Notes: a model not told the origin generated them from the letters alone. Shown: positions 32,725-42,788, counted from the first letter of the whole stretch. The stretch is DNA of 61,984 nt, filler included, from a candidate division TA06 bacterium SM23_40 (GCA_001303705.1; 5 parts of 5 records of this genome joined end to end with filler, not necessarily neighbours in it), one strand, 5' to 3'. Translations and numbers: made by a program.

Positions 32725-33362
32725 CTCTTGCTGATAGGCGCATAGTAGCGGATTCCATAATGTGGCCGACAGATTTCAGCCACCAGATCGTCAAAGTCAT
32801 TCTCATTGTTGATGAAATCGATCTCGTCTACCCTGACGACGAGTATCGGTGCCTCGCGGTAGTGAAACATGAATCTGTTGTACGCCTCTGCAAGGCCCTC
32901 CAGATACTCCCGGGAGATATCCCTTTCGAACGTCCGGCCTCGCTCCCTTATCCTCTTGATGATGAGATCGATCTCGGCCTGAAGGTACACCACCAGATCA
33001 GGATGCACGATGTCCTGCTGCAGGTGCTGGTGAAGGTTGTCGTACAACCGTACCTCATGTTCATCGAGATTGAGGTATGCGAAAATCCGGTCCTTGAAGA
33101 AGCAGTAGTCACTCACTATCTTCTTGGCAAACAGATCCTGCTGTCGAAGCTCTCTCTGCTGCCTGTGCCTGGCGAGGAGGAAGAATATCTGAGTCTGAAA
33201 CGCATATCCTCGCTGATCCCGATAGAAATCGGAAAGGAATGGATTCCCCTCCGCATCTTCCAGTACGAGCCGCGCACCCAGGCGCTCGGAGAGCTTAGTC
33301 GCCAGACTCGTCTTGCCGACGCCGATGACCCCTTCCACGGTTATGTAGCGAGGTTCTTCCAT
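32721..33362 (-). CDS. Deoxynucleoside kinase
   Basis: VEGVIGVGKTS P-loop, NPFL..FY, AFQTQIFFL, RGRTFE. Confidence 0.92.
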   Translation of the reverse strand: MEEPRYITVEGVIGVGKTSLATKLSERLGARLVLEDAEGNPFLSDFYRDQRGYAFQTQIFFLLARHRQQRELRQQDLFAKKIVSDYCFFKDRIFAYLNLDEHEVRLYDNLHQHLQQDIVHPDLVVYLQAEIDLIIKRIRERGRTFERDISREYLEGLAEAYNRFMFHYREAPILVVRVDEIDFINNENDFDDLVAEICRPHYGIRYYAPISKR

Positions 33363-33877
33363 CGATCACTCCCATAGAGCCTCACCCCCTGCCGGCCCTC
33401 AACCCTGTCGAGAAGCGTCGAGATCGGAAGCCCGCAGCGGGGATGAACGAAATCCGCAGCGATCTCCGCGAGGGGAACGAGCACGAATGCTCGCTCACAC
33501 ATTCGAGGATGAGGGATGACGAGTGCATCCTCCTCAACCAGCATGGTCCCATACAAGAGTATGTCGAGATCGAGAGTCCTCGGCTCGAACCGTCTGTGCG
33601 GCCGCCTCCCCAGAGCGCGCTCGATGTCGCGGAGAAGAGCAAGAAGCTCTGTCGGCCTCAGGACTGTCTCAATGCTGACAACTGCGTTGAGATACTTGCA
33701 CTCCGGAGGCCCTCCCACAGGTTCTGTCTCGTACAGCCTCGATCGACCTATGAGCGACACACTCGGATTCCTGGCCAGTCTCACCACGCCATCCTCGAGG
33801 TTGGCGAGGCGATCGCCCATGTTCGATCCCAGGCCAATAAAGGCGATTGAAGCCTCCTGATCCGACTCATCCGACAT
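33341..33877 (-). CDS. folK: 2-amino-4-hydroxy-6-hydroxymethyldihydropteridine diphosphokinase
   Basis: IGLGSNMGDR, YETEP, PRTLDLDILLY, IPHPRM.ERAFVL.PL. Confidence 0.95.
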   Translation of the reverse strand: MSDESDQEASIAFIGLGSNMGDRLANLEDGVVRLARNPSVSLIGRSRLYETEPVGGPPECKYLNAVVSIETVLRPTELLALLRDIERALGRRPHRRFEPRTLDLDILLYGTMLVEEDALVIPHPRMCERAFVLVPLAEIAADFVHPRCGLPISTLLDRVEGRQGVRLYGSDRWKNLAT

Positions 33878-34057
33878 CGGCGCGCCTCCGCCGCACTTCG
33901 ACCTCGACCCCATCGAGACCACACTCCCTCGCGGCCCACGGCTTTCCCACCCTGACGACGACGTCGTGTAGATCGAACTCCTTGAGCAACGACCGCGCCA
34001 CTGTCTCGGCCAATGCCTCCATCAGTTGAAACTCGCTTCCGCCCACGATCTCCTCCA
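33867..34057 (-). CDS. folB: Dihydroneopterin aldolase, 3' part (5'-truncated at contig end; not in ORF track)
   Basis: Manual translation ...FQLMEALAETVARSLL...VVVRVGKPWA...VEVEVRR..., directly upstream of folK. Confidence 0.8.
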
Positions 34058-34157
34058 NNNNNNNNNNNNNNNNNNNNNNNNNNNNNNNNNNNNNNNNNNN
34101 NTTAATTAATTAANNNNNNNNNNNNNNNNNNNNNNNNNNNNNNNNNNNNNNNNNNNN
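34058..34157. other. Artificial contig spacer
   Basis: N44-TTAATTAATTAA-N44. Confidence 0.98.
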
Positions 34158-34384
34158 TGTCCTCGGGGCTGCGAAGCGCGATATTTCCGTGGTGCCGGCA
34201 ATCTGGCACCTCTATGTTGCGTCGACAGCTGGCAGTGGAATCGAGCTGGCAGTGAAATCGCTTGACAGGTGGGGCCGCTGAGTGTAGTATCCCGACGAGA
34301 GACCGGGCACGAGCCCGGTCTCTCTCTCTATATGGGGGCCGGGCGCGTGGCAGGAGCTGCGGGTGAGATGAGGGAGACAGGACC

Positions 34385-35101
34385 ATGGCAGCGCGTGGAC
34401 GAAGGAGGAACATCCGGGGGAGGAACATCCGGGAATGGCCCGAAGAGGAGAGGCCCCGCGAGCGGCTCCTGACGAAGGGAGAAGGTGCGCTCTCCGACAG
34501 CGAGCTGCTGGCGATCATCCTCCGCACAGGAGATGCGGTCGGGGGACTCAGCGCGGTGGAGCTTGCGCGTAACCTTCTGCGCCGATCGGGTGGGCTGAAG
34601 GGGCTCGACACGATGACTGCTACGGGATTGGTGAAGACGAAAGGGATCGGGCCGGCGAAAGCTGCCCAGGTCAAGGCTGCAGTCGAGCTCGGCAGACGGA
34701 TGCAGAGCGGGAGGCTTCGTCGAGGAAGGGGCTTCAGCTCATCGAATGAAGTGGCGGAGCACTTCCTCCCGTATCTCAGGGGGCTGCGGAAAGAGGTGTT
34801 CAAGATACTGCTGCTCGATGCCCGGAACCGGATGATCCGCGAGGAGACGGTCTCCGAGGGGAGCCTGACGGCGAGCATCGTCCATCCGCGGGAGGTATTC
34901 AAGGCCGCGGTCGAGGAGTCGGCAGCCTCGGTCATACTGGTTCACAATCATCCCACCGGTGATCCCACGCCGTCGAAGGAAGACCGTGCCATCACCCGTC
35001 AGCTGGTCAAGGCGGGGGAGATCATGAATATCAAGGTGCTCGACCACATCATCGTGGGCGACGGCGTGTACCTCAGTTTTGCCGATCAGGGGCTGTTGTA
35101 G
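34385..35101 (+). CDS. radC: RadC/JAB-domain protein, full-length form
   Basis: ERPRERLL...LSDSELLAIILRTG, GIGPAKA, VHPREVF, HNHPTGD...S..D, LDHIIVG; promoter TTGACA-N17-TAGTAT at 34262-34290. Confidence 0.95.
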   Translation: MAARGRRRNIRGRNIREWPEEERPRERLLTKGEGALSDSELLAIILRTGDAVGGLSAVELARNLLRRSGGLKGLDTMTATGLVKTKGIGPAKAAQVKAAVELGRRMQSGRLRRGRGFSSSNEVAEHFLPYLRGLRKEVFKILLLDARNRMIREETVSEGSLTASIVHPREVFKAAVEESAASVILVHNHPTGDPTPSKEDRAITRQLVKAGEIMNIKVLDHIIVGDGVYLSFADQGLL

Positions 35102-35150
35102 CGAGTAGGGGCGATGTGGAGGTTAGGGTTGCTTCCGTGGGCAGGTATCG

Positions 35151-35978
35151 CTAGCTTTCTCTCCAGGAGGCATAGTCCTCGATCGTCGTGACGCGTCCAT
35201 CCCTGAGACGCGCCGACCTGCCGAAGTCGGAGAGCTGGCGGAGAAGGGAAGAAGAGAAGACTGGTCCGTCGCGGCAGACCAGGTACCCGTCGCAGCAGCA
35301 CTGTCCACAGATGCCGATGCCGCACTTGATGTACCGCTCGAGCGCCGCCTGGCAGGGAAGGTGGTGAGCCTCGCAGATGTCGAAAACCTGGCGCATCATC
35401 GGCTCAGGCCCGCACGTATAGACGACATCTGTCGCCTTCGGGTCGAGGAGGGAGCGGAATGCCTCAACAGCCGACCCATGAAATCCCTCCGAGCCGTCGT
35501 CAGTGGCAAATGAGACCTCGGGGAACCGGTTGCGGAAAATGAGGAGGTCCTGCGAGCGGGCTCCATAGATGACGAGCGGCTGCTGGAGCCGGTCGATGAG
35601 CGCAGCGAGGGGCACGATCCCGATGCCGCCGGCGACGACACAGGCCCGACGTGAGCGCTCCACGACGGAGAATCCGTTCCCGTACGGGCCGCGCAGCCCG
35701 ATCGCAGATCCGGGAGTGAGGGAGAAGAGAGCGTGGGTGAACGGCCCTCGTTCCTTAACCGTGATGCCAACCTCCCCTTCGAAGTGGTGAGAGAGGGAGA
35801 ATGGCTTCTCGCCAACGCCCGGGAGCCAGATCATGAAGAACTGTCCTGGCTTGTACGCTGTGGAGTGACGGATGACCAGGGTCTTCACCCCGGGGGCTTC
35901 TGATATCACCTCGGTAATCTCTCGGAGCTGTGGCTGTTCGATCCTCGGACCTATCATCCTCTCCTCGGCGAATCGCAC
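35151..35978 (-). CDS. pyrK: Dihydroorotate dehydrogenase electron-transfer subunit
   Basis: PGQF, RGPYGNGF, AGGIGIVP, TDDGS, CGPEPMM, CGIGICGQC...C.DGPVF 2Fe-2S motif; next to pyrD. Confidence 0.92.
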   Translation of the reverse strand: MRFAEERMIGPRIEQPQLREITEVISEAPGVKTLVIRHSTAYKPGQFFMIWLPGVGEKPFSLSHHFEGEVGITVKERGPFTHALFSLTPGSAIGLRGPYGNGFSVVERSRRACVVAGGIGIVPLAALIDRLQQPLVIYGARSQDLLIFRNRFPEVSFATDDGSEGFHGSAVEAFRSLLDPKATDVVYTCGPEPMMRQVFDICEAHHLPCQAALERYIKCGIGICGQCCCDGYLVCRDGPVFSSSLLRQLSDFGRSARLRDGRVTTIEDYASWRES

Positions 35979-35992
35979 AACTGCGAATCACG

Positions 35993-36904
35993 TCACTGGT
36001 GAGCTGCTCCCACTATCTCTGTCAGGCTCTCATAGCCGTGGTCTTCCATCCACGTCCTGATCTCCCGGCAGACCTCGCTGAACACGTCCATCCCCCGGTA
36101 GTACACCGCTGATCCGATGCCTACCGCCCGCGCCCCGGCCATCATCATCTCGATCGCATCCCTCCCCGTGGTGATGCCCCCCACTCCGATGATCGGCAGG
36201 TCGACCGCCTCATAGATGTCATACACACACCGGACAGCAACCGGCCGCAGGGCAGGCCCGCTCACTCCACCCTTCTTGAATCCGAGCACCGGTCGCGCCG
36301 CCTCGATGTTGATGACCATTCCCGGGCCGATCGTGTTGACAGCGGTGATCCCGTCGGCTCCTCCATCGCGTGCCGCTTTGGCGAGATCGACGACCTCCGG
36401 CCCGCCGGCGGGGAGCTTCACAAACAGCGGCAGCTTCGTCTTGTCGCGGACGAGCGACGTGATCCTTCTGATCGCATCGGTCGAGGCATGTCCGCCCATC
36501 AGCCCGAACCCGGGGGTATGGGGACACGAGACCGGGATCTCAGTGGCCGCGAACGGCAGCGCGGTGAGTATCTCAGCTACTGCTGCGAACTCCTCGGGCT
36601 CGGTGCCGACGGCGCTGGCGATCACCGGCACGGGCAGCTGGTCGACCGCGGCGAACTCCTCGCGTGCCGCCTCGGCGCCGGGGTTGGGATAGCCCATGGC
36701 ATTGAGCATCCCCGCCTCATACGTCACGACGCATGGGTTGTCATGGCCGGACCGCGGCTCGAGACTGATCGACTTCGTCGTAACCGCACCGGCACCGCAG
36801 GATGCCACGCGCGCAAGCGAGCATCGGCTCACCCCGAGGACGCCTGAAGCCAGAATGGTCGGGTTGGGAAGCTTGATGCCGCAGAGGTCGATAGAGAGAT
36901 CCAT
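35993..36904 (-). CDS. pyrD: Dihydroorotate dehydrogenase (family 1B) catalytic subunit
   Basis: NPTILASG, TKSI, NAMGYPNPG, SCPH, VKL, NT, GGVSGPALRP, IIGVGGI; real start MDLSID; promoter TTGACA-N17-TAGGCT at 37006-36978. Confidence 0.94.
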   Translation of the reverse strand: MDLSIDLCGIKLPNPTILASGVLGVSRCSLARVASCGAGAVTTKSISLEPRSGHDNPCVVTYEAGMLNAMGYPNPGAEAAREEFAAVDQLPVPVIASAVGTEPEEFAAVAEILTALPFAATEIPVSCPHTPGFGLMGGHASTDAIRRITSLVRDKTKLPLFVKLPAGGPEVVDLAKAARDGGADGITAVNTIGPGMVINIEAARPVLGFKKGGVSGPALRPVAVRCVYDIYEAVDLPIIGVGGITTGRDAIEMMMAGARAVGIGSAVYYRGMDVFSEVCREIRTWMEDHGYESLTEIVGAAHQ

Positions 36905-37039
36905 TTCGCCCTCTTGCTGATGGCGGTTAGTGGTTCGGCTGCCCGGTGACCGTAGTTCGTACTTGCGTCGGCTTGAGAGCCTACCCGATTCGCGCCGTCC
37001 TGTCAACCGCCCCGCCCATCGGAAAGTCACTGAGCAGGG

Positions 37040-37089
37040 CTGGTAAGAGCTAACCACCGGATCCCGGGTTCGAGTCCTGCCCGGGGAGC
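37040..37089 (+). pseudogene. Decayed tRNA fragment resembling the 3' half of tRNA-Asn
   Basis: TGGTAAGAGC-TAACCA...GGTTCGAGTCCTGCCCGGGGAG; no 5' acceptor strand, imperfect T-stem, no CCA. Confidence 0.5.
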
Positions 37090-37360
37090 TTCTCGTCAGT
37101 AAGAACCAGTCGAGTGGACAGCGTTTACAAGTTCCGACATTGACCATGACACCCTTGCTCAAAGGGGGTACACTCAACGTGAGTATGATATTCGCGAGAT
37201 TTCTGCTCGAATCAGGACTGGCAGAGGGCGCCCGGTGGCCTCGGGAATAGGCGGCACCGCAACAGCTCGAGGGTGGGTTATTCGAGAGCGACACCGAGCG
37301 TCACTAGGTGAGGGGTCGTTCTTTTCTTTTTCTGGCTAGATTGACGAGAGGGAGGATACC

Positions 37361-38608
37361 ATGCGAGTCGCCATTCTAGGCCTGCTGGCGGCGGCATTGC
37401 TGTGCCCCCTGGTCAGCAATGCTACCGTGGTTCACGTTCCTGGCGACCAGCCCACCATCCAGGCAGGGCTCGATGCAGCTGCCTTCGGAGATACTGTCCT
37501 GGTGGCGCCGGGAAGGTACGTGGAGAACATCATCTGGCCGGATGTTGATGGAATCAAACTGATTGGAGACGGGAGGAGGACCACGGTTATCGATGGCAAT
37601 AACGTAGCCAGCGTCATCCGCTTTAAGAGCGGAAGCATCATCACAAATTCGACAGTGGTCGAAGGATTCACGATCACCAACGGGAATGCACAGCCACCCT
37701 GGCCCTTGTCTCTGGGCGGTGGGATCTGCATATTCGCCTCCGCTCCAATTCTCAGGGATCTTACGGTCACTGAGAATTTCGCTGACGACTTCGGCGGAGG
37801 CATATATTGCTGGGGCTCATCGAATCCCATCTTGAGCCATGTCGCCATCATCAACAATACTGCTTTATCACGGGGCGGATACTCAGGTGGTGGGGGCTAT
37901 CACCTACTGGACCACGTAACGATTGCAGGAAACGATCCGGGAGGTTTCTATATCGAATCTGCATATCAAGGAGGCCTGTTGGTAAACTGCGTCGTTGCCT
38001 TCAACACCTTCTATGGGGTACAGCTTCAGGGGACCTCATTTCAGCCAACCTATCTGGATATCGCCTACTCAGACATAAACGATCCTGTGTGGGAGATTGG
38101 CTACTCTGCGGTGAACTGGCTGGAAGGGAACATCGATGCGGATCCCGTGGTTGTATTGAAGGAAGAGCAAGACTATCGTCTGCTCTGGGAATCGCCCTGC
38201 ATCGATGCAGGGGATCCTGACTCTCTTGACCCGGACGGCACTCGGACCGACATGGGGGCGCATTTCTTCGATCAGGATGACTACTTGACGCTCTACCTGG
38301 CGCCCCATGAGACGGAGGTATCGCCCGGCGGAATCCTCGGGGTGACCTACACGGCGATCAACCGGTGGGCGCAGCCCGAGTCGTTCTGGGTGCTGACGGA
38401 GGCGACCCTTCCGAACGGGAACCCCCGGAATGTCCTCGGTCCGATCCCGTACACGTTGCCGGGGAATACGACCGTGCAGCAGTACATTAGTCGCGACGTG
38501 CCCTTGGCTGCGCCATTGGGTATGTATGAGTATTGGTCCCGAATCGGGGTGCCGCCGTCGACGCTGTACGATGAGGACAGCTTCGGCTTCTGGGTGACGG
38601 GGCCATAG
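37361..38608 (+). CDS. Secreted right-handed beta-helix (pectin-lyase-like fold) protein, paralog 1, with shared C-terminal domain
   Basis: SD GGAGG; signal peptide; VPGDQPTIQAGLDAA..GDTVLVAPGRY.EN; GGGI repeats; SPCIDAGDP...DPDGTRTDMGA. Confidence 0.88.
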   Translation: MRVAILGLLAAALLCPLVSNATVVHVPGDQPTIQAGLDAAAFGDTVLVAPGRYVENIIWPDVDGIKLIGDGRRTTVIDGNNVASVIRFKSGSIITNSTVVEGFTITNGNAQPPWPLSLGGGICIFASAPILRDLTVTENFADDFGGGIYCWGSSNPILSHVAIINNTALSRGGYSGGGGYHLLDHVTIAGNDPGGFYIESAYQGGLLVNCVVAFNTFYGVQLQGTSFQPTYLDIAYSDINDPVWEIGYSAVNWLEGNIDADPVVVLKEEQDYRLLWESPCIDAGDPDSLDPDGTRTDMGAHFFDQDDYLTLYLAPHETEVSPGGILGVTYTAINRWAQPESFWVLTEATLPNGNPRNVLGPIPYTLPGNTTVQQYISRDVPLAAPLGMYEYWSRIGVPPSTLYDEDSFGFWVTGP

Positions 38609-38644
38609 TGCGGTGGGAGAAGTTCCAACACCAAGGAGGAATGC

Positions 38645-39886
38645 ATGCGGGTCACTACTCTAGGCTTGCTGGCGGTGGCGTTGTTGTTTCCCCTGATCGC
38701 GAATACGACCGTGATCCACGTCCCTGGCGACCAGCCCACGATTCAGGCTGGCCTCGATGTGGCAGTCTTCGGAGATACTGTTCTTGTCGCGCCGGGAAGG
38801 TACATTGAGAACATTATCTGGCCGGATGTGGACGGGATCAAGCTGATAGGAGACGGAAGGGAAAGCACGATTATCGACGGGAATCATGTGGCCAGCGTGA
38901 TTCGCTTTGAGACTCATGATATCATCACCAACGCGACGGTCGTCGAAGGATTCACCATCACGAACGGGAACGCGCTTCCCCCGTGGCCTGAGTCAGAGGG
39001 TGGCGGGATTTTCCTGTTCTACGCTGATCCGATTCTGAGGAACCTGGCTATCCGGGAGAACTTCGCCGACGACTTCGGAGGAGGTGTCTATTCCTGGGGT
39101 TCGTATCCCATTCTCAGCCATGTTCTCATTGCCGACAATGAAGCGATCTCCCGGGGGGGATTCGTGGGCGACAGGGGCTCGCCTACCTTGGATCACGTAA
39201 CCGTTGCCGGGAACACTCCGGGCGGCCTCTATTTCGGTGAACAATCGTCGGGGTCGTTAGAGAACTGTATTGTCTCCTCCAACTATCTGTACGGGATAGA
39301 GCTCGTCTCCGGCATGTATTCGGCCACCGTGATAAGCATCGCCTGGTCGGATATCGATGATCAAGTGTGGCTCATCGGCAACTCCTATGTGAACTGGCTG
39401 GGAGTGAATATCGACGAAGATCCTCTGTTTGCGCTGGAGGAGGAGCAGGACTATCGTCTGCTCTGGGAATCACCCTGTATCGATGCCGGCGATCCGAGTA
39501 TCCTCGACCCGGACGACACTCGGACCGACATGGGAACGTACTTCTTCGATCAAGATGACTACCTGACGCTCTACCTGACGCCCGATCAGCCCGAGGTATC
39601 GCCCGGCGGGATCCTGGGAGTCACGTACACGGCGATCAACCGGTGGGCGCAGTCCGAGCCGTTCTGGGTATTGACAGAGGCGACCCTTCCGAACGGGAAC
39701 CCCCGGAATGTCCTCGGTCCGATCCCGTACATGTTGCCAGCGAATACGACCGTGCAGCAGCACATCGGTCACAATGTGCCCCTGGCTGCGCCAGCGGCTA
39801 TGTACGGGTATCGGTCCCGGATCGGGGTGCCGCCGTCGACATTGTACGACGAGGATAGTTTTGCGTTCAGGGTGGTGGAGCCCTGA
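38645..39886 (+). CDS. Secreted beta-helix protein, paralog 2, with shared C-terminal domain
   Basis: SD AAGGAGG; same architecture as paralog 1, with near-identical N- and C-terminal parts. Confidence 0.88.
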   Translation: MRVTTLGLLAVALLFPLIANTTVIHVPGDQPTIQAGLDVAVFGDTVLVAPGRYIENIIWPDVDGIKLIGDGRESTIIDGNHVASVIRFETHDIITNATVVEGFTITNGNALPPWPESEGGGIFLFYADPILRNLAIRENFADDFGGGVYSWGSYPILSHVLIADNEAISRGGFVGDRGSPTLDHVTVAGNTPGGLYFGEQSSGSLENCIVSSNYLYGIELVSGMYSATVISIAWSDIDDQVWLIGNSYVNWLGVNIDEDPLFALEEEQDYRLLWESPCIDAGDPSILDPDDTRTDMGTYFFDQDDYLTLYLTPDQPEVSPGGILGVTYTAINRWAQSEPFWVLTEATLPNGNPRNVLGPIPYMLPANTTVQQHIGHNVPLAAPAAMYGYRSRIGVPPSTLYDEDSFAFRVVEP

Positions 39887-40114
39887 TGGGGAGGCAGGCG
39901 GAAGGCTCGTGAGCGGGCCCGGCTCCCGGATACGCGGGTCTCGGCTGTCAGGGGATATGCGGACGGTACATGCGCCGGTTGGGTTGACTCGGGAGCATCG
40001 GGCGCCCTACGGTGAGGCGTTCGAGGGTCCCGGGTATACGTGCCCGGGGGATACGGGCCCGGGGGAGGGACATCGAGTTGAGCGTGCTTTGGCGCTTGTG
40101 ATGCAGTTTTTCGC

Positions 40115-40143
40115 TTGACACCGCCGAGGATTGATGATATAAT
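40115..40143 (+). promoter_or_regulatory. Perfect-consensus sigma70 promoter
   Basis: TTGACA-N17-TATAAT with extended -10 TG. Confidence 0.85.
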
Positions 40144-40486
40144 TCCCAAAACGGTGAGCAATGGTTGCTCCGGCATATTCCCGGCGATGGCCGGGGGATG
40201 TGCCGAAAGAGATACTAGACATAGCGGTGTGGAAGGGCGGTGGTTGTACGGTGGCGGATGAGGTGAGGGGTATGCCGGGAGCCGACAAAGCAGTCGGCTC
40301 CGGTAAAGAGAATGTTGTGACGGTGAACGGCTACACGCCTGGAGCGTAGTAGTGAGGGCTCCGAGGATGTAGCCGTGTGTATTTGGCGTTACTGGGGGAG
40401 CCGCGCGAGGGAGGTGCGGAGGGGAATCTAGTAGGCCGGGAGACACACATCGTCACCTAAACGTGCATCAAAAGGAGGGTGGCTCG

Positions 40487-41731
40487 ATGAGATCTGTGAC
40501 AGTTCTTGTGAGCGCAGCGTTGGTACTTGGGTTGAGCGCAGCCGCGTCGGCGACGATTCTGAACGTGCCGGCGGACTACCCGACCATTCAGTCCGGAGTA
40601 GATGCCGCGGCGGATGGCGACACCGTCCTGGTATCGTATGGTCTGTACACCGGCCCCGGAAACGTGAACATCGATTTCGAGGGAAAGGCGATCGTGGTCA
40701 TGTCGGAGTGCGGGCCCGAAGTGACTATCATCGACTGCGATGGGACCTGTCGCACCGGGTGCCGTGGGTTCTACCTCCACAGCGGGGAAGGCCCCAACTC
40801 GGTAATTCAGGGGTTCACGATTCGGAACGGCCACGTATTCGGCGCATGGCCATTGTCCACCGGGGGTGGTATCCTGTGCGATGGAGCCTCCCCGACTATC
40901 ATTGGGAATATCGTGACCTGCAATGTGGCGGACGGTGCAGGAGGTGGGATCTCATTCCGCAACTCTTCCTCAGTAATGGTGGGCAACACAATCAGGTGGA
41001 ATACGACAGCGTACGATGGTGGTGGGATCTTCGCTGAGGGCTCGTCCCTGGTCATGGATCGCAACACGATCGCAGGAAACGTAGCCGACAAGGGCGGTGG
41101 GATCTTCTGCGCTGCAGTCTCTTCAGCCACAGTCATCAATTCGATCTTCTGGGGGAATGAGGGTGCTCCGGGTCCCTCGATCCACAAGACCGGCGGGAGC
41201 ACTGTTACTGTCACCTACTCGGATGTGGAGGGCGGCTGGACGGGTGAGGGGAACTTCTTTCTCCCTCCGATGTTCGTGCTCTGGGACAAACGCGACGTAC
41301 GCCTCCTCTGGGAATCGCCCTGTATAGACGCGGGGCACCCGGACTCTCTGGATCCCGACGGCACACGCTGTGATATGGGGGCACACTTCTTCAATCAGGA
41401 TGATTATCTCACGCTCTACCTGACTCCCGACGCAGCGGCGGTACCACAGGGTGGGCAGCTCGGGGTGACATACACGGTCATAAACCGCTGGGCGCAGCCC
41501 GAGACATTCTGGGTGCTCACGGAAGTCATTCCCCCTGTAGGAGCGCCGTTGACAGTAGTCGGCCCGGGCCAGTATGCCATCCCGGCAGGATTTACCGCGC
41601 AGCAGTATCTCGAGCACCATGTGCCGCCGATGGCCCCGCTCGGGGACTACTTATACTACGCGAGAATCGGAACGCCGCCGGCGAACCTGTATGACCAGGA
41701 TCGCTTCCTGTTCACCATTACAGGGCCCTAG
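40487..41731 (+). CDS. Secreted beta-helix protein, paralog 3, with shared C-terminal domain
   Basis: SD AAGGAGG; signal peptide; VPADYPTIQSGVDAAADGDTVLV; GGGI repeats; SPCIDAGHP. Confidence 0.88.
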   Translation: MRSVTVLVSAALVLGLSAAASATILNVPADYPTIQSGVDAAADGDTVLVSYGLYTGPGNVNIDFEGKAIVVMSECGPEVTIIDCDGTCRTGCRGFYLHSGEGPNSVIQGFTIRNGHVFGAWPLSTGGGILCDGASPTIIGNIVTCNVADGAGGGISFRNSSSVMVGNTIRWNTTAYDGGGIFAEGSSLVMDRNTIAGNVADKGGGIFCAAVSSATVINSIFWGNEGAPGPSIHKTGGSTVTVTYSDVEGGWTGEGNFFLPPMFVLWDKRDVRLLWESPCIDAGHPDSLDPDGTRCDMGAHFFNQDDYLTLYLTPDAAAVPQGGQLGVTYTVINRWAQPETFWVLTEVIPPVGAPLTVVGPGQYAIPAGFTAQQYLEHHVPPMAPLGDYLYYARIGTPPANLYDQDRFLFTITGP

Positions 41732-42119
41732 TCGGTTGATCGAGGATAGGGACTCCGGGGTCCGCGGAGATGTGTCTCCCTCAGTAGGTCGGTGAGAACC
41801 CGGGAAGCGAACAGAACGCATATAGTCATGAGCGCCTCGACAAGAGGCGCTCGTGCTGTACATCGGCTTGTCCGGAGACTGTTGTATTGCGGAGAGTCTG
41901 AAAGCGTACCTTCTCGGCGCTGGGGTGCAGGTTCAGTAGCTATTCATTCCTCCCTGAGAGGGCCGCGCTCCGTATTCTCTGCTTCTCGACGGGACGCCGG
42001 CAACGGGCTGGACCACCGTCTGTCGCCACAGGCGCGGGGAGGGCGCTGGGGGAATGCGTCGGAGCCCCTGGATCAATTGATACCAGGGGCTCCGACGGTT
42101 GGTGTGGACGGCTTCGGGG

Positions 42120-42788
42120 CTAGTCGGATAGTGCATAACGCGAGAAATGGTCGATCTCCGTGACGACTTCCTGAGTGTTGAAATCGAACCATGAATCGAG
42201 CTTCTTCCATTCCTCGGCATCTTTGTCCCACCAGTGGATGCACAGTGTGTGCGGGAGCATCGCGTTGAGAGTCAGATGTTCGACACGGAATCGGAGTTCT
42301 ATCTTTTTCAGGAACTGTGTGCCATCAGGGCCGAAGTCGGCTATGGCGTAGTCGGGATCCCTCAATATCGAGATGGTTGTATGATGCTCCAGTGCCCCGG
42401 GGGGGATCACTACCCTCATCAGCCTGTTGTCGACCTCGCCGCCCTTGTTGGAATTGATCCTTTTCTCGATGAAAATGGGAAATACCAGGCGTTCTCCGTT
42501 TGGACCTATGACCGGAAGCTCTCCAATCGCAATCGGGTTCATCGGGCCGTCGTCGTCCTGACTCTGCTTGTGCGCTTTGTCGTGCGCGGGCGATCCCGGT
42601 TCCGAAGGGCCGCCTCCTGTGGCGTCTTCTAATAGGAGCTCTTCTATAGGGATGAGGCTCGGTTCTGTCGTCGCCGCGGGGGCGGGCGGCGATGTCGGCA
42701 GGTCGTCCCGACCGCAGCTGGCACAGAAGGCCATCACCGTCAACGCCACTCCCAGAACTAGGATGCTTGTGTTGTTGGGCGAACGCAT
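42120..42788 (-). CDS. Putative lipoprotein with ZU5-like domain
   Basis: SD AGGAGG; lipobox-like CASC; GGEV....VVIPPGAL...FGPDGTQF.K...IDHFSRYAL. Confidence 0.7.
   Translation of the reverse strand: MRSPNNTSILVLGVALTVMAFCASCGRDDLPTSPPAPAATTEPSLIPIEELLLEDATGGGPSEPGSPAHDKAHKQSQDDDGPMNPIAIGELPVIGPNGERLVFPIFIEKRINSNKGGEVDNRLMRVVIPPGALEHHTTISILRDPDYAIADFGPDGTQFLKKIELRFRVEHLTLNAMLPHTLCIHWWDKDAEEWKKLDSWFDFNTQEVVTEIDHFSRYALSD

Noticed and set aside
34385-35101. radC as a marker of a mobile element
   Set aside because: Full-length chromosomal-type form with N-terminal helix-hairpin-helix region, next to pyr genes; no mobility genes nearby
36905-37294. 130-aa N-terminal extension of pyrD
   Set aside because: Homology starts at MDLSID; the extension covers a promoter and the tRNA-like fragment
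37361-41731. Diversity-generating retroelement behind the paralog similarity
   Set aside because: No reverse transcriptase in the window, both similar copies are coding, and differences are not adenine-specific
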